A DNA stretch of 64,000 bases from NCBI GenBank assembly GCA_965116495.1, contig OZ220696.1, positions 608,001 through 672,000 of the forward strand, written 5' to 3'. A program made the position numbers and the translations under genes. The stretch is from Gammaproteobacteria bacterium. Its GTDB lineage: Bacteria > Pseudomonadota > Gammaproteobacteria > Eutrophobiales > Eutrophobiaceae. This document shows positions 12,408 through 22,923 of the stretch, in pieces. The first letter of the stretch is position 1. Each line of letters opens with the position of its first letter. Below the pieces are notes generated by a model. That model made no database searches, was not told the DNA's origin, and saw only the letters and a list, made by a program, of their open reading frames with translations.

Positions 12408-14741
12408 ATGAATAGTCATGACTATAAGACTTACAAAACAACTCTTTTACGAGTGGGTTGCCTGGCTTGGCTAGCAGCAACCCTGACATCACCCATTGTA
12501 CAGGCCCAGGGTATGTTGGAAGAAGTGGTAGTAACGGCGACCAAGCGTACGACTACTGTAAAAGAAGTCCCTATGGCGATCCAGGCAATCACCGGTGAAA
12601 CTATGACACGTAATGGAATTGATAATCTGGACCAACTGGCGGCGTCTATCCCAAACTTTCAGGTAGGTGATGGCCTGTTGAGTACTGCCGTTGCCATGCG
12701 TGGTATGAGTTCCCAGCCAGAGCGAGGATTTGACCAGTCTGTTGGTATGTTTATCGATGGTATTTACAAGCCTCGTTCGCGTCAATACCGATCACCATTT
12801 ATGGATGTCAGTCGTGTTGAAGTTCTACGCGGACCACAGGCTGTTCTGTTCGGTTTGAACTCGACTGCGGGGGCGGTAAGCATTATTTCAAACAGTAATC
12901 AGCCGGGAGATGATTTTGAAGCTGACATCAGGGCAAAATACGAGATTGAGTACGAGGGTGCTACTGTAGAAGGTTTTGCTGGTGGTAGTGTTAATGATCA
13001 GCTAGGTTTGCGTTTTGCTGGCAAGTACCGTAATGACGGGGAAGGTCAGACCGAAAATGCCTTTGATGGTAGGGACTATGGTGATCCTGAAGAATTGGTG
13101 CTGCGCGGTTCAGCAGTTTGGGTTCCCGTTGAAGGTACAACTTTTACTCTAAAAGTCGATTACGCTGATTTTGAAGCTGATGGGAATCCTGGTGAAGAAA
13201 TGTCACCGCAGTTGTTTGGAGGTCTTAACGGTAATTTTGAGGCCAAACTTGATCATAAAAATAATTGGGAAGACAACGTTGGTTATTCCCTGATGAACGC
13301 CAGGGGCCACGTAGAGCGCGATACGGCTGGTATTGATCAAGAGTCTGTCAATATTTCTTTAAACTTTGAGCAAGAGTTTGGTGGATCTATGCTAACGGCA
13401 ATGTTTGGGTATTCTGATATGGAATATAATCTGTCTCAGGATGGGGACACAGGCCCGTTGTTCTTTATCGTAAGTGCTTACCACGAGGAATACGAGCAAA
13501 CTTCTTTGGAAGTGCGCTGGACTTCTCCTGTGGGTGAAACCTTTGAATGGATTGCCGGTGCCTATTATCAGGATAGTGAGCTAATTAACCTCCAGCCTAA
13601 TGTTGTTGGAGGCGCCTATGATTCGTTTTTTGGTTTTGGTTTTGCCCCTGATGCACCAATGACGTATTTGACCGGAGAGATGGGGTCAGACACCACCTCG
13701 GTATCTGCGTTTGGTATTCTGAGCTGGAATATCTCTGACGTATTGAAAGTAACGGGTGGATTGCGTTGGGTTGATACCGAAACGGATTACTTTCGTGGTG
13801 ATAGTGGCTGTACCACATTAGATCCGGCACTTCTTCCACAAGCGACTCTTGACGCATTTTCTGCTTTCTTCTTTTGCTTTACAGCACCAAATTATCAAGA
13901 TGATCGGAGCTCTGATAACTTTATGCCGGAAGTTGCCATTCAGTGGGATGCCACCGATGAACTGATGCTATACGGTAAAGTGAGTAAGAGTGCGAAGGCT
14001 GGCGGCTTCGGGTTTAGTGTCTTAATTAATTCTGATGCTAATGGCAACCCCTTGGCTGAGTTTGATGACGAAAAAGCGCTGGGCTTTGAACTGGGCGCGA
14101 AATATCAAACGGACACCCATGAATTCAGTATTACCGGTTTTCATACAAAGTTTAAAGATTTGCAGGTCAACAGTTTTGATCCGGTGACTTTCATTGGCTC
14201 TATCCAAAACGCCGCTGAAGTGGTGAGTAAGGGTGTCGAGGTTGAAGGCCGTTGGGCTGCCACAGACTGGTTGATGTTGAGTGGAGCACTCACGTATCTG
14301 GATTCAGAATTTGAAGAGTTTGATGGTGCACCTTGTGGTGCTCTGGGTAATCACCCTGCGTCTACAATCATTCCAGGGAGTTGTGATCTGAGTGGCGTTA
14401 CAACCGCATATGCGCCAGAAGTGGCGGGTTCACTGAATGCTGATTTGAGCATCCCGCTTGCCAAAGGCCTGAATTTAGTTGGTGGTGTGTCCCTGAGCTA
14501 TAGTGATGATTATTTTACTGACTCTGATTTGACCAGAGAATTTAAACAAGACTCGTACACTCTAGTTGATGCGCGTATTGGTGTTGAAGCTCAGGATGGT
14601 AAATGGTCCGTATCTTTGATAGGAAATAATATATCGGATGAGATTATAATCAATCAGACTTCTTTGTACTTTACTCAAAACGCATTCTTGAAGTCAGCGC
14701 GTACGGTGGCCCTTCAAGCTACTTACCGCTTTGGTAGATAA
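12408..14741 (+). CDS. TonB-dependent receptor
   Basis: LEEVVVTATKR TonB box, RVEVLRGPQ plug motif, C-terminal YRF; ATG 12408 with G-rich RBS. Confidence 0.93.
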   Translation: MNSHDYKTYKTTLLRVGCLAWLAATLTSPIVQAQGMLEEVVVTATKRTTTVKEVPMAIQAITGETMTRNGIDNLDQLAASIPNFQVGDGLLSTAVAMRGMSSQPERGFDQSVGMFIDGIYKPRSRQYRSPFMDVSRVEVLRGPQAVLFGLNSTAGAVSIISNSNQPGDDFEADIRAKYEIEYEGATVEGFAGGSVNDQLGLRFAGKYRNDGEGQTENAFDGRDYGDPEELVLRGSAVWVPVEGTTFTLKVDYADFEADGNPGEEMSPQLFGGLNGNFEAKLDHKNNWEDNVGYSLMNARGHVERDTAGIDQESVNISLNFEQEFGGSMLTAMFGYSDMEYNLSQDGDTGPLFFIVSAYHEEYEQTSLEVRWTSPVGETFEWIAGAYYQDSELINLQPNVVGGAYDSFFGFGFAPDAPMTYLTGEMGSDTTSVSAFGILSWNISDVLKVTGGLRWVDTETDYFRGDSGCTTLDPALLPQATLDAFSAFFFCFTAPNYQDDRSSDNFMPEVAIQWDATDELMLYGKVSKSAKAGGFGFSVLINSDANGNPLAEFDDEKALGFELGAKYQTDTHEFSITGFHTKFKDLQVNSFDPVTFIGSIQNAAEVVSKGVEVEGRWAATDWLMLSGALTYLDSEFEEFDGAPCGALGNHPASTIIPGSCDLSGVTTAYAPEVAGSLNADLSIPLAKGLNLVGGVSLSYSDDYFTDSDLTREFKQDSYTLVDARIGVEAQDGKWSVSLIGNNISDEIIINQTSLYFTQNAFLKSARTVALQATYRFGR

Positions 14742-14780
14742 TACTTAAACTCACTGGCTTTATTTAAGTCAGGTTGGCCT

Positions 14781-14814
14781 GAGGAATGACGGCATTTCGG
14801 TGTCGTCATTTCTT
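14781..14814. terminator. Hairpin terminator between convergent genes
   Basis: GAGGAATGACGGCAT-TTCG-GTGTCGTCATTTCTT. Confidence 0.7.
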
Positions 14815-15589
14815 ATTTTGAATTTCCAAAATTCCGTAGCCTATTGATAGCATCGTCTGTGCAGAAACCGCCAGCAAGATCTTTGCGCATCAGAGCATCG
14901 TAATGGCACAGTGTGTCCCACTCCATTTTGTTCACCATTGCAAGCTGTTGTTTCATCATTCCAAGGGAGGTGAGGCTCATTTTCGCAAACTTGCTTCCCC
15001 ACTTTTCAACAATCTGCCTTAACTCGTTATCGGGAACCAGTTTCCATACCAGACCTATATCTTTTGCCTGTGCAGCGGAGATAAACTCTCCGGTGAGAAA
15101 GAATTCCTTTGCTTTGCGAATTCCAATGGATCGGGCTAGACGCTGAGGCTCATGCCAGCCGGGCACAAAGCCCCACTTGGCGTGTGCATCACCGAAGGTG
15201 GCCCCCTCTGCCGCGATGATAAGGTCACAAAAATAGGACAGGATAAAACCGCCAGCGATCGCATTGCCCTGCACGACAGAAATCACAGGCTTGGACATTG
15301 TTTCAATTAAATCATCCAGTCTGGGTCCCAGAGGAATAAGATCTTCAAGCAGTTGTTCGGGGCTGTTCTCCAGTTTGTCCAGGGCGTACTTGAGATCCAT
15401 TCCGGCACAGAAATCCTCACCAGCACCAAGCAGGAACACGGCCTTCACAGTATCATCACGATCCAAAGTCTGGAAAGCATCGATCAGTTCGTTCATCAGC
15501 AAGGGGGTAATGGCGTTTTTCGCATCGGGTCTGTTCATGATGACCTTGGTATATCCTTCGCAGTGTTCAACAATTAATTGTTTGTACAT
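14813..15589 (-). CDS. Crotonase / enoyl-CoA hydratase family protein
   Basis: MNRPDAKNAI, FCAGMDL, KPVISVVQGNAIAGG; ATG 15589 with GGAG RBS. Confidence 0.9.
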   Translation of the reverse strand: MYKQLIVEHCEGYTKVIMNRPDAKNAITPLLMNELIDAFQTLDRDDTVKAVFLLGAGEDFCAGMDLKYALDKLENSPEQLLEDLIPLGPRLDDLIETMSKPVISVVQGNAIAGGFILSYFCDLIIAAEGATFGDAHAKWGFVPGWHEPQRLARSIGIRKAKEFFLTGEFISAAQAKDIGLVWKLVPDNELRQIVEKWGSKFAKMSLTSLGMMKQQLAMVNKMEWDTLCHYDALMRKDLAGGFCTDDAINRLRNFGNSK

Positions 15590-15599
15590 AATGTGACTC

Positions 15600-16367
15600 C
15601 TAGACACTGATGCTGAAGGCACCATCCACCGGCATCACGGCGCCGGTGACATAGCTCGCCTGCTCGGAACAGAGGAAGGTTGCCAAGCTGGCAACCTCAG
15701 CGGGCTGACCCATACGTTTCATGGGGATGTGCTCTACCAACCGGTCGACGGTAGCCTGGTCGATACCACTGCGTTCATAGATCTCTGTTGCTATAATTCC
15801 AAGGACAAGGCAATTGCAGGTAATACCGCTATTGGCGTTTTCCCGGGCCACCTGTTTGGTCAGGGTGTGTATGGCGCCTTTGGTGACCGCATAGCAGGGT
15901 AGACCCGTAGTGCCGAAGTTGCCGGCCACTGAGGAAATATTGATGATTCTGCCCCACTTGTTGTCCTTCATAATGGAGAGGGCCTGTTGGATCCAATAAA
16001 AGGCACCGTTCAAGTTGATTCCAATTTCCCTCTCCCATTTTTCCGGAGACATTCTTGCCACAGTTCCGTAATTATTCGTCAGAGCGGCACAATTAACGAG
16101 GATATCTAAACGGCCAAACTCAGCTATAACTGTTTCAGTCGCCAGTTCAACGTCGCTAAGTTTGCTCTGATCCGCGCGAATTGCGAGTGTCCGGACATCC
16201 CCAGTCTGTAAATCCGCTGCCAAAGTCTGTATGCCCTCCTCGATGATGTCGCTTACCACGATCATTGCACCTTCGCCCGCTAACGATCTGGCCACGGCAT
16301 TTCCAATACCTTTGGCCGAGGCTGCACCGGTAATGACAGCGACCTTACCCTTTAATTTAAGGTCCAT
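15600..16367 (-). CDS. Short-chain dehydrogenase/reductase (FabG-like)
   Basis: TGAASAKGIG, LDILVNCA, INISS, YAVTK. Confidence 0.92.
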   Translation of the reverse strand: MDLKLKGKVAVITGAASAKGIGNAVARSLAGEGAMIVVSDIIEEGIQTLAADLQTGDVRTLAIRADQSKLSDVELATETVIAEFGRLDILVNCAALTNNYGTVARMSPEKWEREIGINLNGAFYWIQQALSIMKDNKWGRIINISSVAGNFGTTGLPCYAVTKGAIHTLTKQVARENANSGITCNCLVLGIIATEIYERSGIDQATVDRLVEHIPMKRMGQPAEVASLATFLCSEQASYVTGAVMPVDGAFSISV

Positions 16368-16413
16368 AGGCGTTTTTCTTACTTACATATGTTGTAGTTC
16401 GATTGAGAGCAAT

Positions 16414-16917
16414 TTATTTTTTGGATGAAAAAATCAATTCACACATTTCATCACCCTTTGCCATATTGCGTACCAGCTCTACTTCAGTGTTGGGATTAAG
16501 AGTCTTGGCAACGGTACGTTCGCAGTTACACAAGGCCTGGCAAAATGCTGGGGTTATTTCTTTTTCATGTCCCGGAAACCAGATGCAGGGCCGATGGAGT
16601 TTAAAGCTAACATCGCCGTTTTCTTTCCGTTCCAGTGTGGTGTCGTAGCCACAGGCAGCGGTGGCCATTTGAAAATAGGCGCCTACGTCCATGAAGTCGG
16701 AACCATCCAAACCCATTTCACGCATGGCAGGGACAATCTTTTCCAGGGCAATTTTTTCAGCCCATGATTTAATTAACTCAGCACCTTTCTCCTCTCCTAG
16801 TTCGGACATTACTGATTTGCACATTTCGGCAAAATACATCCAGCCGATTTTATTGCTGACTTTCACCTTGCGTATTTCAGGCCACTCGTCGACGTTGAGC
16901 TTGTTCGAATCTTGCAT
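16414..16917 (-). CDS. L-2-amino-thiazoline-4-carboxylate hydrolase-like (V4R fold) protein
   Basis: HRPCIW...FCQALCNCE...LNP...RNMAKGDEMCELIF cysteine pattern. Confidence 0.65.
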   Translation of the reverse strand: MQDSNKLNVDEWPEIRKVKVSNKIGWMYFAEMCKSVMSELGEEKGAELIKSWAEKIALEKIVPAMREMGLDGSDFMDVGAYFQMATAACGYDTTLERKENGDVSFKLHRPCIWFPGHEKEITPAFCQALCNCERTVAKTLNPNTEVELVRNMAKGDEMCELIFSSKK

Positions 16918-17002
16918 GGCACGGCTCTCCTATGTTATATCGATTTTTGAAGTTTTCTTTAATGCTTGACGAACTGCAGGGGGATTACCCAGTTCGGTTC
17001 AC

Positions 17003-18010
17003 TTAGCGTATCGACTGGCGGTTACTGGTTGGAGGTTCACCAGTCCAGCGCTTGTAGGCGCGCGCAAAATTACTGCTGTCACTGTACCCCAGGTGGCAGG
17101 CAATTTCCGTTACGGACTTGCCTTCTTCCAGGTATAATTGAGCCAACTCGCGCCGGGCGTGATCCAGCAATTTCTGAAAACTGGTGGCAGCTTGTTCCAG
17201 TTCCATGTTGAATGCTTCTGTATCCATGGAGAAACGTTTGGCGACATCTTCCTTGGTCACTCTACCACCAGGTAGAAGCTCCAATAGCACACCATAGATC
17301 TTTGATGATAGATCATTTGTGTTCATCTTTGCGATCTTTTCGATGACCATACGCTCGTGTATCTTCGATAGTTCCGGATTACTCGTTGGCATAGGGATAT
17401 CAAGGTCTTCCCGCTTAAAATAGATAGCCGTTTGGTTTGCGGCAAATTGCACGGGGATGCCAAAAAAAGTCTCATAATCATGCTCTCGTCCGGTAACAAC
17501 TGTGGAGGTTTGTTCTACTCTACTGGGAATGTAATCCTCGTGGTACATGAATCGGAGCATATGCACTATCATCGCCAGGATAGCGTCCTCCAGCACCCGC
17601 AAGACTGCTGGATCTACCTCGCCGGTGCTTCTTACTCTGAGTCGAGCCTCATCTCCCAGCTCTTCAAATACCAGAACATGATTGGTTGATATAAATTCGT
17701 AGTATCGGGATAAGCGTTGACAAAAATCTCTTATGGTCGAACTGAACAACAGCGTCACGCTCAATGAACCGAAGCTGGTGGGATGGATAAATTCCGTAAA
17801 TTTCAAGCCGAAACACGGGTCCCCCGTCGCCCGTAATACAAGCTGTAGAAAGCGTTGGGTAGTTTCAAGCGGGACACATTCCGTCGTCTCTGGACTAAGG
17901 GGTAAGTCCAGGGCTTCCTCAGCGAGCAGTTTTTCAACATCGACACCGTAGGCTTGCAGTTCCTCTACCGCGAGCCTGATTGCTATATTACTGGTGTATC
18001 GGATAACCAT
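17003..18010 (-). CDS. AraC family transcriptional regulator
   Basis: TGDPCFGL ligand-binding domain; IACHLGYSDSSNFARAYKRWTG HTH. Confidence 0.92.
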   Translation of the reverse strand: MVIRYTSNIAIRLAVEELQAYGVDVEKLLAEEALDLPLSPETTECVPLETTQRFLQLVLRATGDPCFGLKFTEFIHPTSFGSLSVTLLFSSTIRDFCQRLSRYYEFISTNHVLVFEELGDEARLRVRSTGEVDPAVLRVLEDAILAMIVHMLRFMYHEDYIPSRVEQTSTVVTGREHDYETFFGIPVQFAANQTAIYFKREDLDIPMPTSNPELSKIHERMVIEKIAKMNTNDLSSKIYGVLLELLPGGRVTKEDVAKRFSMDTEAFNMELEQAATSFQKLLDHARRELAQLYLEEGKSVTEIACHLGYSDSSNFARAYKRWTGEPPTSNRQSIR

Positions 18011-18241
18011 GAAGATATGCTAAAGGATTTCGGTTATTCCTAGAATACCAGTGATCTTTCGATTCATTCATAACTATAAGCAGTCTCAAAATTCCTGAAT
18101 CCGGTTGATACGGCGTTAAGCGTGATCAATACCTACACTCCAATTATAGATTATCATGGTGCTCATCACAGGGGCATTACTCATCAAAAATCGAGACTGG
18201 CAGCGTAAAGATCCAGCTGCTCTGGATACGCTTGATTGTGG

Positions 18242-21200
18242 TCACGATATTAACGCCTCTTCACTACGCCAACGTTTCATCAACAGGTCACGGTGTTTAT
18301 TGGCGCTTGTCATATTTTTTTCTTTTACATGCCCATAGCCGCGAATGGATTTTGGAATGCTTGCTATCTCCACAGCCAGGTCAAAATTTCTTGGGTTCAA
18401 CTTGGTGGCGAGGGTGCGTACCCAGGCCTCATAATCCAAAACTAATTGTCTCTCCGCCTTGCGCGCAGCACTTTTGCCCATGATGTCCCAGACTGTTCCG
18501 CGCAGGAATTTAAACTTGGCAAGAATTGAAAACGCTTTCAACATCCAGGAACCGAAGGTGATTTTTTGCAAGTTGCCATTCTCGTTATCGCGCGGCGATA
18601 TTAAGGGTGGCGCGAGATGAAACTGTAGTTTGAAATCGCCCTCGAAAGTGTCATGCAGTTTCTTTATGTATGCCCTGTCGGAATAGAGGCGAGCTACTTC
18701 ATATTCATCCTTGTAAGCCATGAGTTTGTATGCGTAATGTGCGATAGCTTCGGTAAGTATCGTGGAATCCGGATTGATTTTTGTTTCTGCAGCCAGGGCA
18801 GTGTCCACCATCGAGCGATAACGGGCCCCATATTTCTCACTCTGGTAGGCAACCAGTTCCCGTTCGAAATATGTGATCAACTCTTCGGTCGACAGCGGAT
18901 TACTAGAAGTAAATTCAGGTAGCATGAGAGTAGTGACCGCTTTCATATCAATGGCTGCATATCGACCCCAACGAAATGCCCGCTTGTTCCAATCAATCGC
19001 CACGTCATTGAGTTCTATAGCACGCATCAGGCTTGCTTCAGTCAACGGCAGCAGGCCCTTTTGCCAGGCGTAGCCCACCAGGAGCAGATTACTGCCGATT
19101 GTATCACCCAATAAGGCCTTAGCCAGGCGACTGGCATCGACAAAATCCACCATATCTGCACCCGCCATACGGGTAATGCGTTCATTGACGACATCAATTG
19201 GAAATTCCAAATCCGCGTTACGGGTAAAATCACCAGTGATGGCCTGATTGGTATTAACCAATACCCTGGTACGTCCCTGATGAATACTCGCTATTGGTTC
19301 ATGAGTGGAAGAGACCAGGTTGTCACAAGCTATAAGTAAGTCTGCGTTGCCCTGATTGACCCGGGCAGCGAATATATCTTTCGCACTTTCTCCAATACGC
19401 AGGTGGCTGATGACCGAGCCTCCTTTCTGAGCCATGCCTAGCTGATCCACTACCGAAGCGGTTTTTCCTTCCAGGTGTGCCGCCATACCAATAATTGAGC
19501 CGATGGTAACCACCCCGGTTCCACCCACGCCGGCGATCATGATGTTGTAGGTAGCGCCCACGGGAATTTGGGCTAGTGGGGGTTCCAGAAGGTGTTCCGG
19601 GAGTCCATTTTCTTTACTGTCTAACCCACGCCCTTTACGTAGCTTACCTCCGATTACGCTTACAAAGCTGGGGCAAAAGCCGTTGATGCAGGAGAAATCC
19701 TTGTTACAGCTGGATTGTTCGATTTCGCGTTTCGTTCCGAATTGCGTTTTTTTCGGGATAACAGACAGGCAGTTGGACTGATCGCTGCAATCTCCGCAAC
19801 CCTCACAGACGCGGTCGTTGATGAATGCGTGTTTGGCTGGATCAACCATCAGTCCCTTCTTTCGTCGGCGACGTTTTTCCGCTGCGCACGTCTGGTCGTA
19901 AATCAGGACGGAAACACCGGGAAATTCTCGCATTTCTTTCTGAATATGATTTAGCTTCCGCCGGTGATCGACCGTAGCAATCGAAGGTAAATTGCTGTCA
20001 CGATTATACTTTTCGGGTTCGTCACTGATCACGGCAATACGCCGTACGCCTTCTTCGTATACCTGTCGCGCAACCATGGGAACCGATATGGGACCGTCCA
20101 CTGGCTGGCCACCAGTCATCGCCACTGCGTCATTGAACAGAATCTTGTAGGTTATTTGTGTTTTCGAAGCAACGGCTGCACGGATAGCCAGCGAACCGGA
20201 GTGATAGTAGGTTCCGTCTCCCATGATCTGGAAGACATGTTTGTCTTTTACAAATTGAGATTCACCGACCCAGTTGCTTCCTTCGCCACCCATCTGGGTC
20301 CAGTTGACTACGCCACGATCCATATATAGCGCCATACCGTGACAGCCGACACCACCTTGGGCGCGACTGTTTTCCGGGGTTTTCGTAGAGGTACTGTGCG
20401 GACAACCAGAGCAAAAATAGGGCAGGCGATTTATCGGTAGACCAGGCAGCGTCGCGATCATGGATGTAATATCATCCAGTGCCTGTAATCGGCCTTGACT
20501 GGCCGCATCACTGTGAAAGTATGCAATACGTCTGGCTATCGCCACAGCCAGTTTTTCGGGTGTCATCTCACCCAGTTCATTTATCAGAATTACCCCGTTT
20601 TCATCATAGCGGCCGACTATTCTGGGACGTTCAGATTCTGGCAGGCTGTAACAGGCATCTTTGATAGCAGATTCCATCTGTTGTCGTTTTTCCTCGACCA
20701 CCAACACCTCGTCCAGCCCTTGGCAAAAAGCCTGGTAGCCATCCAGATCATGTGGGTAAATCATACCAACCTTGTAAATTACGATTCCCAGTTCAGCAGC
20801 GAGTTCTTCATTGATACCCATATCGCACAGGGACTGCAATACATCCAGCCAAGCCCTGCCCGCGGCGACAATGCCGAATCGGCGTTTGCCGCTGTCATGG
20901 GAGCAGTAATTCAGCCGATTCGCGCGTGCATAGGCAAGTGCTGCTGGCAGACGTATGCGACGAATCCGACGCTCCGCGTTCGTCCAAAGTTCCCCTTTCC
21001 CATCGCGTATCTCCGGAGTTTCCTCACCGAAATCGTAGTCGGGGATGACCGGGCAGTTCCGTTTTTCACCAACTTCAATCGTTACGCTATTATCGATGGT
21101 CTCAAATACCAGTTTGAAGCCGACCCACAGGCCGGAAAAACGGGATAATGCAATCCCGTGCAAGCCGAGGTCGAGAACTTCCTGCACGTTAGCCGGATAT

Positions 21201-21721
21201 AGCACGGGCATCAGCATGTCCTCAAACAGAACTTCACAATGCGCTGTTGATGTGGTGGATCGTTGGCCATGATCATCCCCGGTAAGGGCCAGTACGCCGC
21301 CATGGGGAGCGGTACCGCGAAAAGCCCCGTGGCGCATCGCGTCGATACTGCGATCCAGTCCCGGCCCTTTACCATACCAAAAGGAAAACACGCCGTCGTA
21401 TTGTGACTCCCCATATAGACCGGCTTGCTGGGCACCGCTGATCGCAGTGGCGGCCAGGTCTTCATTGATCGCTGGGTTAAACTTGATATCATGCTCTCGC
21501 ATGAATTTTTCAACTTGCCAGTATTGTAAATCCAACACATGCATTGGTGAGCCGCGATAGCCAGAGATATAGCCCGCAGTATTCAAGCCGGACACTTCAT
21601 CACGTTTTTTCTGCTCAAGCGCCAGACGCAACAGTGCTTGGGTTCCTGTCAGGAAGACATGTCCTGATGCCTGAGTATATTTGTCGTCCAGAGAGACACT
21701 GGTTAAAGTCATTTTTTCCAC
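18242..21721 (-). CDS. Indolepyruvate:ferredoxin oxidoreductase family, fused alpha/beta
   Basis: SLDDKY...GTQAL, ISGYRGSP, PYFCSGCPH, GDGTYYHSG (TPP), CEGCGDC...C, GVGGTGV, KDEYEVARL. Confidence 0.93.
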   Translation of the reverse strand: MEKMTLTSVSLDDKYTQASGHVFLTGTQALLRLALEQKKRDEVSGLNTAGYISGYRGSPMHVLDLQYWQVEKFMREHDIKFNPAINEDLAATAISGAQQAGLYGESQYDGVFSFWYGKGPGLDRSIDAMRHGAFRGTAPHGGVLALTGDDHGQRSTTSTAHCEVLFEDMLMPVLYPANVQEVLDLGLHGIALSRFSGLWVGFKLVFETIDNSVTIEVGEKRNCPVIPDYDFGEETPEIRDGKGELWTNAERRIRRIRLPAALAYARANRLNYCSHDSGKRRFGIVAAGRAWLDVLQSLCDMGINEELAAELGIVIYKVGMIYPHDLDGYQAFCQGLDEVLVVEEKRQQMESAIKDACYSLPESERPRIVGRYDENGVILINELGEMTPEKLAVAIARRIAYFHSDAASQGRLQALDDITSMIATLPGLPINRLPYFCSGCPHSTSTKTPENSRAQGGVGCHGMALYMDRGVVNWTQMGGEGSNWVGESQFVKDKHVFQIMGDGTYYHSGSLAIRAAVASKTQITYKILFNDAVAMTGGQPVDGPISVPMVARQVYEEGVRRIAVISDEPEKYNRDSNLPSIATVDHRRKLNHIQKEMREFPGVSVLIYDQTCAAEKRRRRKKGLMVDPAKHAFINDRVCEGCGDCSDQSNCLSVIPKKTQFGTKREIEQSSCNKDFSCINGFCPSFVSVIGGKLRKGRGLDSKENGLPEHLLEPPLAQIPVGATYNIMIAGVGGTGVVTIGSIIGMAAHLEGKTASVVDQLGMAQKGGSVISHLRIGESAKDIFAARVNQGNADLLIACDNLVSSTHEPIASIHQGRTRVLVNTNQAITGDFTRNADLEFPIDVVNERITRMAGADMVDFVDASRLAKALLGDTIGSNLLLVGYAWQKGLLPLTEASLMRAIELNDVAIDWNKRAFRWGRYAAIDMKAVTTLMLPEFTSSNPLSTEELITYFERELVAYQSEKYGARYRSMVDTALAAETKINPDSTILTEAIAHYAYKLMAYKDEYEVARLYSDRAYIKKLHDTFEGDFKLQFHLAPPLISPRDNENGNLQKITFGSWMLKAFSILAKFKFLRGTVWDIMGKSAARKAERQLVLDYEAWVRTLATKLNPRNFDLAVEIASIPKSIRGYGHVKEKNMTSANKHRDLLMKRWRSEEALIS

Positions 21722-21917
21722 TCACCTCTTAAACAAAAATCTATAGTAATGACGAATTAGGTGCTGATCTGCGATTGCGCTCAGTGAAATACTAATCTTC
21801 CTGATAAAGAGTGCCGGTCAATTCAATTTCATTTATATGTCATAATTAATATGATGCAAGTTCTCTGACGTCATAGTATTTCTATAAAGCACAAAGCTTT
21901 AGAGGGGTGGGCTTGAT

Positions 21918-22922
21918 ATGAGATACACCAGTAACATGGCCCTGCGAGCCGCTATTTTGGAACTTGAGTCCTACGATGTGGACGCAGCACCCATTCTCGC
22001 ACAGGAGGGGATGGAGCGGTTCATGGACCCGGATAGAGTAGAGCGCATAGCGTTAGGCGCCGTGCATCGGTTCTTACAGTTGGCACAGGAAGCCACCGGC
22101 GATCCCTGTTTTGGGCTGGACTACGGTAAGTTTATACGCCCAACAACTTTCGGGGCACTGGGCATCGCATTGTTATCCAGTACAGATCTAGCTGATTTCT
22201 GTACACGCCTGTGCCGCTACTATGAATTTATCGCCACCAATCACAGTCTGTCATTCGAATCGGCTGACGGGCAGACCTGGGTGGAGATTAAATCGGAGGT
22301 TCATAATCTCGAACCGGAGGTGTCACGCTCAATTATCAATGCGATTATTTCTATGATGCTCAAGTTCATTCGTGAAATTTCCGATCACCAGTATGCTCCA
22401 CCGAGAATAGAGATAATTGCTACCAGGATAGAAGGCACGGAGCAACGCTATATCGACAGTTTTGGCACCGCTGTAATTTTCTCTGCGAACAAAAATGCAT
22501 TGTACTTTGATCGACAGGTATTACATAAACCGCTATCCGCGGGTGATCGGGGCCTAGCAAGATTAAACGAGGAGTTAGTGGAAAAGTACCTGGAAAAAGT
22601 GAAAAAGGATGATCTGTCTTTCCAGGTATATGACGCCTTACTACAGGCACTGCCCAGTGGTAATGTTAGCAAAGAAACTATGGCAGATCGCTTTGCCATG
22701 AGTCTGACGGCATTTCATAATCATTTATTAAAAGCTGGTACAAGTTTTCAGAAGTTACTCGACGAGGCACGCCGTGAACTGGCAGAGATATACTTCGAAA
22801 AAAATATGTCGATTACCGATGTAGCATACATGCTAGGTTATAGCGACAGCAGCAATTTCACTCGGGCATATAAACGCTGGACCGGCAAAGCACCCACAAG
22901 AACTAATCCCACTGCGAACTGA
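21918..22922 (+). CDS. AraC family transcriptional regulator (paralog of 17003-18010)
   Basis: RYTSN, TGDPCFGL, LGYSDSSNFTRAYKRWTG. Confidence 0.92.
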   Translation: MRYTSNMALRAAILELESYDVDAAPILAQEGMERFMDPDRVERIALGAVHRFLQLAQEATGDPCFGLDYGKFIRPTTFGALGIALLSSTDLADFCTRLCRYYEFIATNHSLSFESADGQTWVEIKSEVHNLEPEVSRSIINAIISMMLKFIREISDHQYAPPRIEIIATRIEGTEQRYIDSFGTAVIFSANKNALYFDRQVLHKPLSAGDRGLARLNEELVEKYLEKVKKDDLSFQVYDALLQALPSGNVSKETMADRFAMSLTAFHNHLLKAGTSFQKLLDEARRELAEIYFEKNMSITDVAYMLGYSDSSNFTRAYKRWTGKAPTRTNPTAN

Positions 22923-22923
22923 A

